64,000 bases of DNA. Origin: Polaromonas sp. Its GTDB lineage: Bacteria; Pseudomonadota; Gammaproteobacteria; Burkholderiales; Burkholderiaceae_C. Below are positions 44,681-54,550 of the stretch, one piece after another. Location of the stretch: assembly GCF_016185115.1 (NCBI RefSeq), contig NZ_JACPOF010000029.1:62530-126529 (forward strand), written 5' to 3'. Both the position numbers and the translations under genes were made by a program. Each line of letters opens with the position of its first letter. Within the stretch, counting starts at the first letter, position 1. A model generated the notes under the pieces. That model did not search any database, was not told where the DNA came from, and worked only from the letters and a program-made list of their open reading frames with translations.

Positions 44681-44768
44681 GAATCAGCATTGATGAACCC
44701 GGAGCGTCTGTCTGTGCGCTGGCGAACACAGCGCAGCCCCGGCTGGCTGAAGAAAGCCAGGCGCCCGA

Positions 44769-45017
44769 TCAGCCAGCGCCTTTTTTGTGGGCCTTGCGCC
44801 CTTTCACCTCGGCAGACGCCAGCTCTTTCGCCGTCAGCATGTAGGCGGGGTTGTCGGTCAGGCGGCTGACGGCCAGGTCTATGAAGGCCCGGACACGGGC
44901 CGGTTGCGCGGGCCGGCTGCCGTAGTAGACAAACACGCTGGACAAGTCGGCCATGTGGTCAGTGAGCAGGGGTAGTTGCGGTGATTTTTGAGCGCCGAAC
45001 GCGCGATCGTTCAGGGA
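44769..45017 (-). pseudogene. C-terminal remnant of a LysR-family regulator
   Basis: The translation ..PLLTDHMADLSSVFVYYGSRPAQPARVRAFIDLAVSRL matches the conserved end of LysR effector domains. No HTH or N-terminal half is present. The reading frame is cut directly by the 3' end of the RidA gene at 45018. Confidence 0.6.
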
Positions 45018-45407
45018 TCACCCGCATGTGCCTACAACTTCAACTTCAATGGCAAAGCCGTAATGCAGTTCAGGTACCGGTACGACCGTGCGGGCAGGCC
45101 TTGCCGGCCCGGCCCACGCCTTGTAGAGCTGGTTGAAGGCTGGCCAGTGGGCTATGCCGGTGATGTACACACGCACCTGCACCAGTTGCGCGACGCTGCT
45201 GCCCGCGGCCTCAAGTGCGGCCTGCACGTTGGCCAGGGTTTGTCTGGCCTGCGCTTCAAAGCTGGCCCGGTTGAGGCGCTCGCCTGAGGGCGTGATGGGC
45301 AACTGGCCGGAGACAAACACCAGGCCGCCGGCGACCACGGCGTGACTGTAGTGGCCGCCGGGTGGCGCCATGCTGGCTGGGTTGATCAGGCGAATGCTGT
45401 TGTCCAT
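45018..45407 (-). CDS. RidA/YjgF-family enamine/imine deaminase
   Basis: 129 aa. PGGHYSHAVVAGGLVFVSGQ and ..RTVVPV..L....IEVE motifs. Confidence 0.9.
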   Translation of the reverse strand: MDNSIRLINPASMAPPGGHYSHAVVAGGLVFVSGQLPITPSGERLNRASFEAQARQTLANVQAALEAAGSSVAQLVQVRVYITGIAHWPAFNQLYKAWAGPARPARTVVPVPELHYGFAIEVEVVGTCG

Positions 45408-45424
45408 GGCAGTGCTGGCCGTGG

Positions 45425-46573
45425 CTACCAGCCATAAAAGCGTTGCCAGGTCGCGCCTGCTTCGGGCTCGCCGCCCGGGGTTGCGGCGACGGTATGGTAT
45501 TCGGGAAACTGCGCGCCGGTGGCGCAGGCGTGGTTGGGCAGGATGCGCAGCTGCGTGCCGATGGGAAAGCGGGTGGTGATGTCCTGCTCTGGCTCGTCGC
45601 TCGTGCTGCTGAGGATGCCGTGCTCCTGGTTGGCGCCTGTGAGCTGGTAGCCGTCAAGCGGTTGGCCGTCGGTGTTGCAGACCTGGCCGTAGCCGTAGTC
45701 CCGTGACTGCTTTTGCGTGCCGCGGTCCCGGCTCATGGCCATCCAGCCGGCGTCAACGATGGCCCAGCCCTTGTCTTTCTGGTGGCCAATCACGGTAGTG
45801 AGCACGCTCAGGGCAATGTCGTCCAGGCCGCAGACGCCCACATTGGCCATGACCAGGTCAAACAGCACATACACGCCGGCTCGTACTTCCGTCACGCCTT
45901 CCAGTTGCTGTGCCGACAGCGCGGTGGGCGTGGAGCCGACGCTGACATTCGGGCAAGGCAGGCCTGCAGAGCGCAGGCGCGTAGCAGCGAGTACGCAGAG
46001 GCTGCGCTCCTGCTCGGCCATGGCCTGCAGGGCAGCGGGTGTGCTCAACTCGTAGCTTGAGCCCGCATGTGTCATGACGCCGCCGAGCGTGACGGCGCCC
46101 TGGTGCAGCAGGCGGCCTATGGTGAGCAGGTCTTCGCCGGCGGGTTGCACGCCGGAGCGGTGGCCGTCGGTGTCGATTTCTATCCAGACCTCGAAGGGGG
46201 TGTTGCTGGCCTGCGAGAACGCGACGATGGCGGCGGCAGAGTCGGCGCTGTCGGCAATGATCTTGAGCGCGCAGCCCTTGTTGATCAGTGCGGCGGCCTG
46301 TCTAAGCTTGGGCGCGGCCATGCCGACTGCGTAGAGGATGTCGGTGATGCCGGCGGCAAAAAACTGCTCGGCCTCTTTCAGCGTTGAGACGGTGATGCCG
46401 CGTGCGCCGGCAGCAATTTGCGCCTGGGCGATATCAACACACTTGGTGGTTTTGACGTGCGGGCGAAAGGCGACGCCGAGCGTGTTCATGCGCTGCTGCA
46501 TGCGCCGGATGTTGCGCTGCATGCGCGCGGTGTCGATCAGCGCGGCGGGGGTGGTGAGGTCTTGCAGTTGCAT
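45425..46573 (-). CDS. DSD1-family PLP-dependent enzyme (D-serine / D-threo-3-hydroxyaspartate dehydratase-like)
   Basis: PAALIDTARMQRNIRRMQ...FRPHVKTTKC (PLP lysine context) and a C-terminal ILPNHAC motif. Confidence 0.82.
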   Translation of the reverse strand: MQLQDLTTPAALIDTARMQRNIRRMQQRMNTLGVAFRPHVKTTKCVDIAQAQIAAGARGITVSTLKEAEQFFAAGITDILYAVGMAAPKLRQAAALINKGCALKIIADSADSAAAIVAFSQASNTPFEVWIEIDTDGHRSGVQPAGEDLLTIGRLLHQGAVTLGGVMTHAGSSYELSTPAALQAMAEQERSLCVLAATRLRSAGLPCPNVSVGSTPTALSAQQLEGVTEVRAGVYVLFDLVMANVGVCGLDDIALSVLTTVIGHQKDKGWAIVDAGWMAMSRDRGTQKQSRDYGYGQVCNTDGQPLDGYQLTGANQEHGILSSTSDEPEQDITTRFPIGTQLRILPNHACATGAQFPEYHTVAATPGGEPEAGATWQRFYGW

Positions 46574-46585
46574 GGTGGTTTATGT

Positions 46586-47593
46586 TCAGTCAATGTATTC
46601 GCCGCGTGCCTTCAGTGCGGGCACGTCGCGGCGCAGGCCGAGTGTGATGAAAGCCGAGACGACGCCCGGGGCTACAGTTTCGGCCGTGGGCATGTCGACG
46701 CCGACGGCGGCCATCTGCATGCGGAGCTCGGGGTCGGCCACTGCGGTGGCCAGTGATCTGCTCAGCTGGGCCAGCACTTCTTTGGGCACGCCCTTGGGCG
46801 CGAAGATGGCGTTCCATGAGCGCACATCGACGTCGCTGTAACCCAGGCTTGCCAGCGTGGCCGTGGCAGGCAGTTGCCGGAGCGGCTGGCGGGACAGCAC
46901 GCCGAGCGCCTTGATCTTGCCGCCGGCCACCTGCGGCAGCGCCGTGGTGGTCTGGTCGCACATGAAGTCGGTCTGACCGCCCATCAGGTCGTTCATGGCC
47001 GGCGCCACGCCGCGATACGGGACGTGGGTGATGTCGATTTTCAGGGCCGACAGCATCATCACGCAGCCGTAATGCGAGATGGAGCCGACGCCGGCGCTGC
47101 CATACGAAAGTTTGGCCTTGTTGGCCTGCGCGTAGGTGATGAAGTCCTTGAGATTGCTGGCGGGCAGCGCGGACCTGGCGACGAGGATGAGCGCCGCACT
47201 GCCGGCCATGCCAATAGGCTCGAAGTCGGCAATCGGGTCATACGGGAGTTTTTTGAACAGCGCCACGTTGGCCACATGCGTGCCTATGGTGCCAAAGCCA
47301 AGCGTATAACCGTCGGGGTTGGCGCGCACCATTTTGCTCAGGCCTATGGTGCCGCTGGCGCCACCTATGTTTTCTATCACCACCGTCTGGCCCAGGTTTT
47401 TACCCATGCGCAAGGCGACGGCCCGTGCCAGTGCATCGCTGGGACCACCGGGCGGAAACGGAACGATCAGCGTGACCGGCCGGGTGGGAAAGCCTTGCGC
47501 CGCTGCTGTCAGGCAGACAGCGGTGAGCAGGGCAAGCGTTGTTGCGGCAAGCAGATGGCGCAAGGCGGGGCGGCGCGAGGTGGGCTGTGGCAT
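46586..47593 (-). CDS. Bug-family (TctC-like) substrate-binding protein
   Basis: ATG 47593 (MPQPTSRRPALRHLL...). Signal peptide ..AAAQGFPTRPVTLIVPFPPGGPSD. The 506 aa ORF-track version runs through the HAD gene and was rejected. Confidence 0.9.
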   Translation of the reverse strand: MPQPTSRRPALRHLLAATTLALLTAVCLTAAAQGFPTRPVTLIVPFPPGGPSDALARAVALRMGKNLGQTVVIENIGGASGTIGLSKMVRANPDGYTLGFGTIGTHVANVALFKKLPYDPIADFEPIGMAGSAALILVARSALPASNLKDFITYAQANKAKLSYGSAGVGSISHYGCVMMLSALKIDITHVPYRGVAPAMNDLMGGQTDFMCDQTTTALPQVAGGKIKALGVLSRQPLRQLPATATLASLGYSDVDVRSWNAIFAPKGVPKEVLAQLSRSLATAVADPELRMQMAAVGVDMPTAETVAPGVVSAFITLGLRRDVPALKARGEYID

Positions 47594-47594
47594 G

Positions 47595-48284
47595 TCAGGC
47601 TTTCGGGTGGGGCTTGAGGTTATGGGTTGGGGCGTTGAATGTCTGCAACCATGGCAGGGCGGCGTCCAGCGTGGGGGATTCAACTTCAGCAATCGGCGCG
47701 CCTTCGGGGCGTTGAAGCCCGACGCGGTTGTGCCAGTAGGTGCGCAGGCCAACCTGCGCGGTACCAAACAGGTCGTAGCCTGAACCCGCGACAAAGGCGG
47801 CATCGCTGGCCGGCACGCCGAGTTTGTTGAGTGCCATCTGGTAGGGCCGCGGGTCGGGTTTGTAGTAGCCGGCTTCCTCACTGGTGATGACGACGTCCCA
47901 GGCAATGCCCAGCCTGTCGGCGGCCTGCCTGCCCAGGGTGACCGAGCAGTTGGTGACCACCGCCAGCTGGCAATGCGGCGCCAGCGCCTGCAGCAGTTCG
48001 CGTGCGCCGCTCCACACGGGCAACGTGGACCATGCGGCATCGAGCCGGTCTGCTGCGCCCGCTTGCATGCCGGTGTTGCGGGCGGCGTCGCGCACCAGTT
48101 GTTCATAGGGCTGGTAGGCGCCGCAACCGTAAGTCAGGCGCAGGTATTCGGCGCGCCAGGTGCGGCCTGCAGCCTCCGATCCGGCTGCAGCGTTCCAGAC
48201 TGTCCATGAGTCCAGCAATGCGGTGAGCAGGTCAAAGAGCACGGCGCGGGGATAGCCCGGGTTTGGAGAGAAGTCATTTGCCAT
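47595..48284 (-). CDS. HAD-superfamily hydrolase
   Basis: AVLFDLLTALLDSW (motif I region), VVTNCS and AGSGYD motifs. The start was taken at ATG 48284. Confidence 0.75.
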   Translation of the reverse strand: MANDFSPNPGYPRAVLFDLLTALLDSWTVWNAAAGSEAAGRTWRAEYLRLTYGCGAYQPYEQLVRDAARNTGMQAGAADRLDAAWSTLPVWSGARELLQALAPHCQLAVVTNCSVTLGRQAADRLGIAWDVVITSEEAGYYKPDPRPYQMALNKLGVPASDAAFVAGSGYDLFGTAQVGLRTYWHNRVGLQRPEGAPIAEVESPTLDAALPWLQTFNAPTHNLKPHPKA

Positions 48285-48383
48285 GCGTCGAACTATACAA
48301 ATCAAATGATTAGTTTTGGTTAAAATAAATTGAATATATCGTTTACTTTAAATTAACTGCAAGACACTTGTCGGCCAACTGCC

Positions 48384-49301
48384 ATGCTCCATATCGAAGA
48401 CTTGCAAATGATCAGCACACTGGCCAACAGCCCGTCGCTCAGCGCAGCGGCGCGTGCGTTGAACGTCACGCCGCCGGCGCTGTCAACGCGGCTGAAGCGG
48501 CTGGAGGCGCAATTGAAGGTCAACCTGGCGGTACGCAGCGCGCGGCATTTGTCGCTGACGCGTGAGGGCGAGCAACTTGCAGCGAGTGCTGCCGGACTGC
48601 TGGCGCAGATCGAGGCCCTGCCGGAGTCCTTTGCGCGCATGGGCCAGGACGTGAGCGGCAGCCTGCGCATCACGGCGCCCTTTGGTTTTGGGCGCGAACA
48701 CATTGCGCCTGAGGTAGCCCGCTTTGTGAAGGCGCATCCGCGGGTACACCCCGTCCTGGAGTTGCTTGAATCACCGTGGCCCGACAAGCGCGACGCCGAT
48801 GTGGTGGTACACATAGGAGCGGTGCGCGACTCGTCATGGGTAGCGCATCTGCTGGCGCGCAATGTGAGGTGGGTGTGCGCCAGCCCCGCCTATCTGAAGG
48901 CGCGGGGCGTGCCACTGCACCCGCGAGAGCTGGTGTCGCACGCGACCATCTGCATCCGCGAAAACGATGAAGACGTGAGCTTGTGGCACTACCGCAAGGG
49001 CAGCACGCGCAGCGCGATACGTGTGTCACCCACCATGGTCAGCAACGACGGTGAAGTGGCCCGCACCTGGGCACAGGCCGGCCTGGGCGTGGTGCTGCGA
49101 TCACAATGGGACGTTGAGCACCTTGTAGCGCAGGGCAAGCTGGTGCGCCTGTTTTCTGACTGGCAGTTTGACAGTGCGGACATCGTGGCACTGGTGCCCA
49201 GCCGCCGCGGCAACACGCTGCGTGTGAAAGCCTGCGTGGAGCACCTGCGGGCTGCTTTTGCCAGGCCTGCCTGGCAAAAAGGAACAGTCGCGAAACGCTG
49301 A
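48384..49301 (+). CDS. LysR-family transcriptional regulator
   Basis: HTH region LQMISTLANSPSLSAAARALNVTPPALSTRLKRLE. Divergent from the HAD-Bug-DSD1-RidA operon. Confidence 0.9.
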   Translation: MLHIEDLQMISTLANSPSLSAAARALNVTPPALSTRLKRLEAQLKVNLAVRSARHLSLTREGEQLAASAAGLLAQIEALPESFARMGQDVSGSLRITAPFGFGREHIAPEVARFVKAHPRVHPVLELLESPWPDKRDADVVVHIGAVRDSSWVAHLLARNVRWVCASPAYLKARGVPLHPRELVSHATICIRENDEDVSLWHYRKGSTRSAIRVSPTMVSNDGEVARTWAQAGLGVVLRSQWDVEHLVAQGKLVRLFSDWQFDSADIVALVPSRRGNTLRVKACVEHLRAAFARPAWQKGTVAKR

Positions 49302-49471
49302 TCCAGGTTGCGCCAGCCTCCCCGCGCAGTGTGTGGCGTGCACGGGCAGGTCCTGCTCAATGTCCGGGTCAGACTACCGTCCGTCATACCATCAGCGGAC
49401 CTGGCAAGCTTGGGCTGGACAAAAGCACCCAGAAATAATCTGACGCCCACCTCGGGAGCCACCTGCAGGGC

Positions 49472-50389
49472 TTATGCGGACAACGCGCGCGAAGACACAT
49501 ACTGCGCGCTGGCACGGCGGAACATGTCGCCCAGATAGTCCGCCGCAGGCGTGAGCGGAATCCCGGCGCGCCGGATGATGACGATGTCCGGGGCCGGCAA
49601 TGCCTCCTTGATGTCGATGATCTGCAGGGCGCTGCGGGTCAATTTGAATTCATCGTATTGACGCAGGGTCACCACCAGCGCATCAGACGACATCAGGGTG
49701 ATCAGCGCGCTGAGCATGGATTCGGCCTTGATGACCAGGCGTGGCGGCGGCAGCTTGTTGCGTGTGAACAGTGCGCGGAACTCCGCCTCGGCATCGCTGG
49801 TGGTGCCGGTGGTGATCCAGCTGGCGCCTGCCAGTTCACGCAAAGAACGAGCCTTTGCCAGCGGGTGGCCTTTGCGTGCAAACACCTGCCTTGTATTGTT
49901 GAACAGCACCTCGACCGAATACTCACGCGACGGTGCCGGTTTGGGTGCGGGGCCGAGGTAGAAGTCCATGCTGCCATCGCGCAGCCTTGATTCCACCGCC
50001 GGGAACGACCCTTCAACAATCTGCAGACGCACGTTGGCAAAGCGCTGCTGGAACAGCGGCAGGGCCACAGGCAACAGCGCCAGATGCGCCACGATAGACA
50101 GGCAGACCGCCACCTCGCCCTTGTCGCCGCCAAGATATTGCTGCACATCTTCAAGCACGTGGCGCGCTTCGTTGGTGATGGTGCGCGCCCGCCGCAGCAC
50201 CAGCTCGCCCAGCGGCGTGGTCGTCATGCCGCGTGCCCGCCGTTCAAATACGGGCGCGCCCAGTTCGCGCTCAAGTTCGCCGAGATTGTGGGTCAGCGCC
50301 GGTTGCGACATGCCCAGTGCCCGCGCCGCGCCGCGCAGGCTGCCATGCTCTGCAATGGCCAGTGCCGCGCGTAGTTGATGCAGCTTCAT
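49472..50389 (-). CDS. LysR-family transcriptional regulator
   Basis: HTH region MKLHQLRAALAIAEHGSLRGAARALGMSQPALTHNLGELE. Divergent from the Bug-ALDH-ADH operon. Confidence 0.9.
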   Translation of the reverse strand: MKLHQLRAALAIAEHGSLRGAARALGMSQPALTHNLGELERELGAPVFERRARGMTTTPLGELVLRRARTITNEARHVLEDVQQYLGGDKGEVAVCLSIVAHLALLPVALPLFQQRFANVRLQIVEGSFPAVESRLRDGSMDFYLGPAPKPAPSREYSVEVLFNNTRQVFARKGHPLAKARSLRELAGASWITTGTTSDAEAEFRALFTRNKLPPPRLVIKAESMLSALITLMSSDALVVTLRQYDEFKLTRSALQIIDIKEALPAPDIVIIRRAGIPLTPAADYLGDMFRRASAQYVSSRALSA

Positions 50390-50543
50390 GAATGATCCTT
50401 GATCATAAGTAATTTCTATCAGTGGAACACTTTTGACATCTTACGCCGTTCTTGACCCTTGCCTAGACTTCACCCCAAGAGCCCGGCAGCAGAAGGGCCA
50501 AGCCATCGTCGGCAACCAATTCAATTTACCGGAGACAACCCTC

Positions 50544-51506
50544 ATGCGTATTCACACCGCACTACTTGCCGCCACACTGCTGGCAGCCCCTTTTGCCCCG
50601 GCGATGGCGCAGCCGCCCGCCTTCCCGAGCCGGCTGCTGACCGTCGTCGTTCCGGTCGGCCCCGGCGGCAGTTATGACTACCTCGGCAGGCTGCTGGGTG
50701 ACGGACTGTCAAAAGAACTGGGGCAAGCCGTGGTGGTAGAAAACCGCCCCGGCGCAGGCACGGTTGTCGGCACGACCTATGTCGTCAAGGCCGCAGCCGA
50801 TGGCTACACCATGGTGGTGGGCGGTGTCGGCAGCATTGCACAGGCCCCTGCGCTGACACGCGACCTGCCCTACAACCCCACCCGGGATTTGCTGCCCTTG
50901 CAACTGGTCTCAACCAACGGCTACACACTGATTGCCCGCCCTGACCTGCCGCAAAAGACCCTGCCAGAGCTGATCGCCTTTGCAAAGGCCAATCCCGGCA
51001 AACTGACCATAGGCACACCCGGCCAGGGCAGCGGCCAGGCTGTTGGTGCAGCGTTGCTCAAGAGCCTGGCCGGCATTGACCTGCTTGAAGTGCAGTTCAA
51101 GGGCGCACCGCCTATCTACACCGAACTGCTGGCCGGCCGCATAGACCTGTTCTTCGACGGCACCGGCACGGCGCAGCCCTTCGTCAAGAGCGGCAAGGTC
51201 AGGGCCATCGCGACGTCCGGCGACACCCGCGAGCTGGCTGATGTGCCGACCTTCCGTGAAAGCGGATTGCCTGAACTGGTGCTCTCAAGCTGGACGGGCC
51301 TGTTCGTCCCCGCCGCCACACCCAAACCGGTCGTGCTGCGCCTGCGCCAGGCCATAGACAAGATCGCCGCCACGCCCGCTTTCAGGGACCAACTGGCCTC
51401 ACGCAGTTTCAGCCCCTTCACCACGCCCGATGTAGAGGCCTTCGTGCGTGCCGAGAACCAGCGCTGGCCTGCCCTGCTGGCCAAGGCCGGCGTCAAGCCA
51501 CAGTAA
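50544..51506 (+). CDS. Bug-family (TctC-like) substrate-binding protein
   Basis: GGAGACAAC Shine-Dalgarno sequence before ATG 50544. Signal peptide ..APAMAQPPAFPSRLLTVVVPVGPGGSYD. Confidence 0.9.
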   Translation: MRIHTALLAATLLAAPFAPAMAQPPAFPSRLLTVVVPVGPGGSYDYLGRLLGDGLSKELGQAVVVENRPGAGTVVGTTYVVKAAADGYTMVVGGVGSIAQAPALTRDLPYNPTRDLLPLQLVSTNGYTLIARPDLPQKTLPELIAFAKANPGKLTIGTPGQGSGQAVGAALLKSLAGIDLLEVQFKGAPPIYTELLAGRIDLFFDGTGTAQPFVKSGKVRAIATSGDTRELADVPTFRESGLPELVLSSWTGLFVPAATPKPVVLRLRQAIDKIAATPAFRDQLASRSFSPFTTPDVEAFVRAENQRWPALLAKAGVKPQ

Positions 51507-51536
51507 TAGTCCTAGCAAACCACCAAAGGAAACGAC

Positions 51537-53030
51537 ATGACAAGCACCACACTCCAGACCCCTGCAGCCGCCACAGGCGTGCGCACGATGAAACAACTCA
51601 TCAACGGCGAATGGGCAGCAGCCTCCAGCGGCCAGACTTTTGACGACATCAACCCGTACACCGGCGAGGTTTACGCGCGCATCCCTGCCTCCGGTGCCGC
51701 CGATGCCAAACGCGCCATTGAGGCAGCAGAAAAAGCCTTCCCCGCCTGGGCAAAAGTGGGCGCACGCGCACGCCAGGCGCTGTTTCTGAAAGCAGCAGAC
51801 ATCGTCGAACGCCGCGCCGAAGAACTGGTCAGCATCATGGCGCAGGAGACAGGCGCATCTCATGCCTTCGGGCGTTTTCAGGTCCAGTGGTCTGTCGGCC
51901 TGCTGCGCCAGGCAGCTGGCTACCCTTACCTGTCGGGCGGCGAGATCGTACCCTCGGACACACCCGGCGTTTTTGCCATGGCGATCCGCAGGCCCCTGGG
52001 CGTGGTGGCCGGCATCTCGCCATGGAACGGCGCCCTCGCGCTGGGACTGCGCACTGTCGTGTGCCCGCTGGCCTGCGGCAACACTGTCGTGCTCAAGCCT
52101 TCAGAAGAAGCCCCCATATGCGCCGGCCTGGTGATCGGCGAGATCCTGCATGAGGCGGGCTTTCCGCCGGGCGTGGTCAACGTCATCACGCATGCACCTT
52201 CGGAAGTCGGCCCCATCTCTGACCAGCTGTTTGAAAGCCGCTCGGTCCGCGCCTACAACTTCACCGGTTCATCAGCCACCGGCTCCATGCTGGCGGCGCG
52301 CGCCGGCAAACACCTCAAGCGCATTGCGCTCGAACTTGGTGGCTACAACCCCATGCTGGTGCTGCACGATGCCGACCTGGAATATTCAGTCGACACCGCC
52401 ATCTTTGCGGCCTTCTTCCACCAGGGTCAGATCTGCATGAACACGCGCAAGATCCTGGTGGCACGCCCGCTGTTTGATGACTTCCTCGAGCGCTTTGTGG
52501 CGCGCGCCAAGGCCCTCAAGGCGGGCGACCCGACCAACCCGGCCACGAAGATCGGGCCGCTGATCAACGACGATGCCGTAGCCAAGGTGAAAGCCGGGAT
52601 TGCCAAGGCTGTTGCCATGGGCGCACGCATTGTGGCTGGCGGCAACGCCGATGGCCGCTGCTTCGAGCCCACCGTGCTGGTCAATGTGCCAGCCAACGCA
52701 CCTATCTACTGCGAAGAGGTGTTCGGCCCTGTCGTGCTGGTTGAACCCTTCGACGACGAGCAGGACGCCGTACAAAAAGCCAACGGCAGTGACTACGGTT
52801 TGTCGGCATCCATCATGTCGCGCGATGCATGGCGCGCCATCACGCTGGGCGGACAGATACAGGCCGGCATGGTGAATGTGAACGGCCCCACCATGGGCGG
52901 CGAACCGCAGATTCCGTTCGGCGGCGTCAAGGACAGCGGCTGGGCGCGCTTTGGCCGCTGGGCAATCGACATCTTCTCTGACCTGAACCTGGCCACTGTC
53001 AGCGAAGAGAAACGCAAATATCCGCTGTGA
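51537..53030 (+). CDS. NAD(P)-dependent aldehyde dehydrogenase
   Basis: ELGGYNP, FTGSSATG and EEVFGPV motifs. 497 aa. Confidence 0.9.
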   Translation: MTSTTLQTPAAATGVRTMKQLINGEWAAASSGQTFDDINPYTGEVYARIPASGAADAKRAIEAAEKAFPAWAKVGARARQALFLKAADIVERRAEELVSIMAQETGASHAFGRFQVQWSVGLLRQAAGYPYLSGGEIVPSDTPGVFAMAIRRPLGVVAGISPWNGALALGLRTVVCPLACGNTVVLKPSEEAPICAGLVIGEILHEAGFPPGVVNVITHAPSEVGPISDQLFESRSVRAYNFTGSSATGSMLAARAGKHLKRIALELGGYNPMLVLHDADLEYSVDTAIFAAFFHQGQICMNTRKILVARPLFDDFLERFVARAKALKAGDPTNPATKIGPLINDDAVAKVKAGIAKAVAMGARIVAGGNADGRCFEPTVLVNVPANAPIYCEEVFGPVVLVEPFDDEQDAVQKANGSDYGLSASIMSRDAWRAITLGGQIQAGMVNVNGPTMGGEPQIPFGGVKDSGWARFGRWAIDIFSDLNLATVSEEKRKYPL

Positions 53031-53064
53031 ACATCCTGATGAAAAAAACTGCGATCAACAAGCC

Positions 53065-54207
53065 ATGAACCCTATGACCGAACCACCTTCAGCCCTCAAC
53101 CTGCCGCGCGTATTGTTCGCGGCCGGCGCCCTGGCTGCGCTTGCAGGGGAGCTTGAGGCGCTGGGCGTACGCAAGCCACTGCTGGTGACCGATCAGGGCC
53201 TGGTGGGCGCCGGGCTGGCAGCCAAAGCGATTGCAGCCTGCGGCAAAAACACGCCTGCAGTTTTTGACAACGTGACAGAGAACCCGCTGTTCTCCGATGT
53301 GGACAAGGGCGCGGCCTTTTATGCCCAGCAAGGGTGCGATGGCATCGTTGCGCTGGGCGGCGGCTCGGTGATAGACACAGCCAAGATGATTGCCCTGCTG
53401 GGAACCAACCCCGGCTCGGTTGCCAACTACGCAGGCGTGCGCAACGCTCCCCACGGACCCAGCGCGCCACTCATCGTCATCCCGACGACGGCTGGCACGG
53501 GCAGTGAAGCCTCGCCATCTGCAGGCATACACCCTGACGCTGCCAGCCCCTCTGTCGGCATGGGGTCGCGCCACCTGGTGCCGGTACTCGCCATCCTTGA
53601 CCCTGACCTCACGCGCAGCCTGCCCCCACGCCTGACCGCGGCCACAGGCATAGATGCCCTGTCGCATTGCATCGAAGGCTTTCTGTCGAAAAAGCACGTC
53701 CCGCTCGGCAAATCAATCGCGCTCGACGGCATTGCCCGCGTCGCACGCTACCTGCGCCGTGCAGTCACTGACCGTGATGACGCCGAGGCCAGAGGCGAAA
53801 TGATGCTTGCCGCCTTCGCCGGTGGTGCCGCCATCGGCATGGGCCTTGGCCCTGCCCACGCGGTCGCCATCGTCTGCAGTGACCAGGGCTTTCATCATGG
53901 CGTTCTGAGCGGCATAGGCCTGGTCGCCACACTGGACGCCACCAGCGCGCATGTGCCTGAACGTGCTGCAGAAGTTGCGGCTGCGCTCGGCCTCGAACGC
54001 AGCGCATCCCTGAGTGAGGCCATCGCCGCCCTCATGCGTGAGCTGGGCCTGCCGGCCACGCTCGCCGAGCTGAAATATGCGCCACGTGACATTGACGCGC
54101 TTGCCACTGCTGCGCACCAGAGCCATTTCAACTTCTTCGCGCCGTTTCACCCCACTGCAGGCGACTACGCCAGCATGCTTGCCGGTTCATTAAAGAGAAG
54201 CCACTGA
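53065..54207 (+). CDS. iron-containing (group III) alcohol dehydrogenase family protein
   Basis: GGGSVIDTAK and PTTAGTGSE motifs. Confidence 0.85.
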   Translation: MNPMTEPPSALNLPRVLFAAGALAALAGELEALGVRKPLLVTDQGLVGAGLAAKAIAACGKNTPAVFDNVTENPLFSDVDKGAAFYAQQGCDGIVALGGGSVIDTAKMIALLGTNPGSVANYAGVRNAPHGPSAPLIVIPTTAGTGSEASPSAGIHPDAASPSVGMGSRHLVPVLAILDPDLTRSLPPRLTAATGIDALSHCIEGFLSKKHVPLGKSIALDGIARVARYLRRAVTDRDDAEARGEMMLAAFAGGAAIGMGLGPAHAVAIVCSDQGFHHGVLSGIGLVATLDATSAHVPERAAEVAAALGLERSASLSEAIAALMRELGLPATLAELKYAPRDIDALATAAHQSHFNFFAPFHPTAGDYASMLAGSLKRSH

Positions 54208-54290
54208 ATACATGAGCGGCTTTATGAGCAAGGCACGCCTGGATGGCCTGTGCCAAGAAAACTGACCAAGGCGGCGCACTGCATAATTTT

Positions 54291-54485
54291 GACGTATACC
54301 GCAAATTTTTAATGTACGCGTTAAATTTACGCCAAAAACTCAACACGAAAGTTAACTTTTGGAGTTTGCAGCAGCCACCACGTCTAAAAAATGCCCCAAA
54401 TCCGCAAAAAGGCCGTTTTTAGCTGAAAAATAAGGCTGTGGCCCAATGGATACGCACGTGACCAGCTATGAAAATAGTAGCATTC
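54291..54485 (+). repeat. full copy B of the about 190 bp AT-rich structured intergenic repeat
   Basis: Shares the blocks GCAAATTTTTAATGTA, AAAGTTAACTTTTGG, GATACGCACGTGA and AGCTATGAAAATAGTAGCA. Lies between convergent ADH (+) and LysR (-). Confidence 0.8.
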
Positions 54486-54550
54486 GCATTTGTTCGCCGG
54501 GTTGCAATGCGGCGCACCCCGACCCAGCCAGTGCCTGCAATCCCCCGCAT

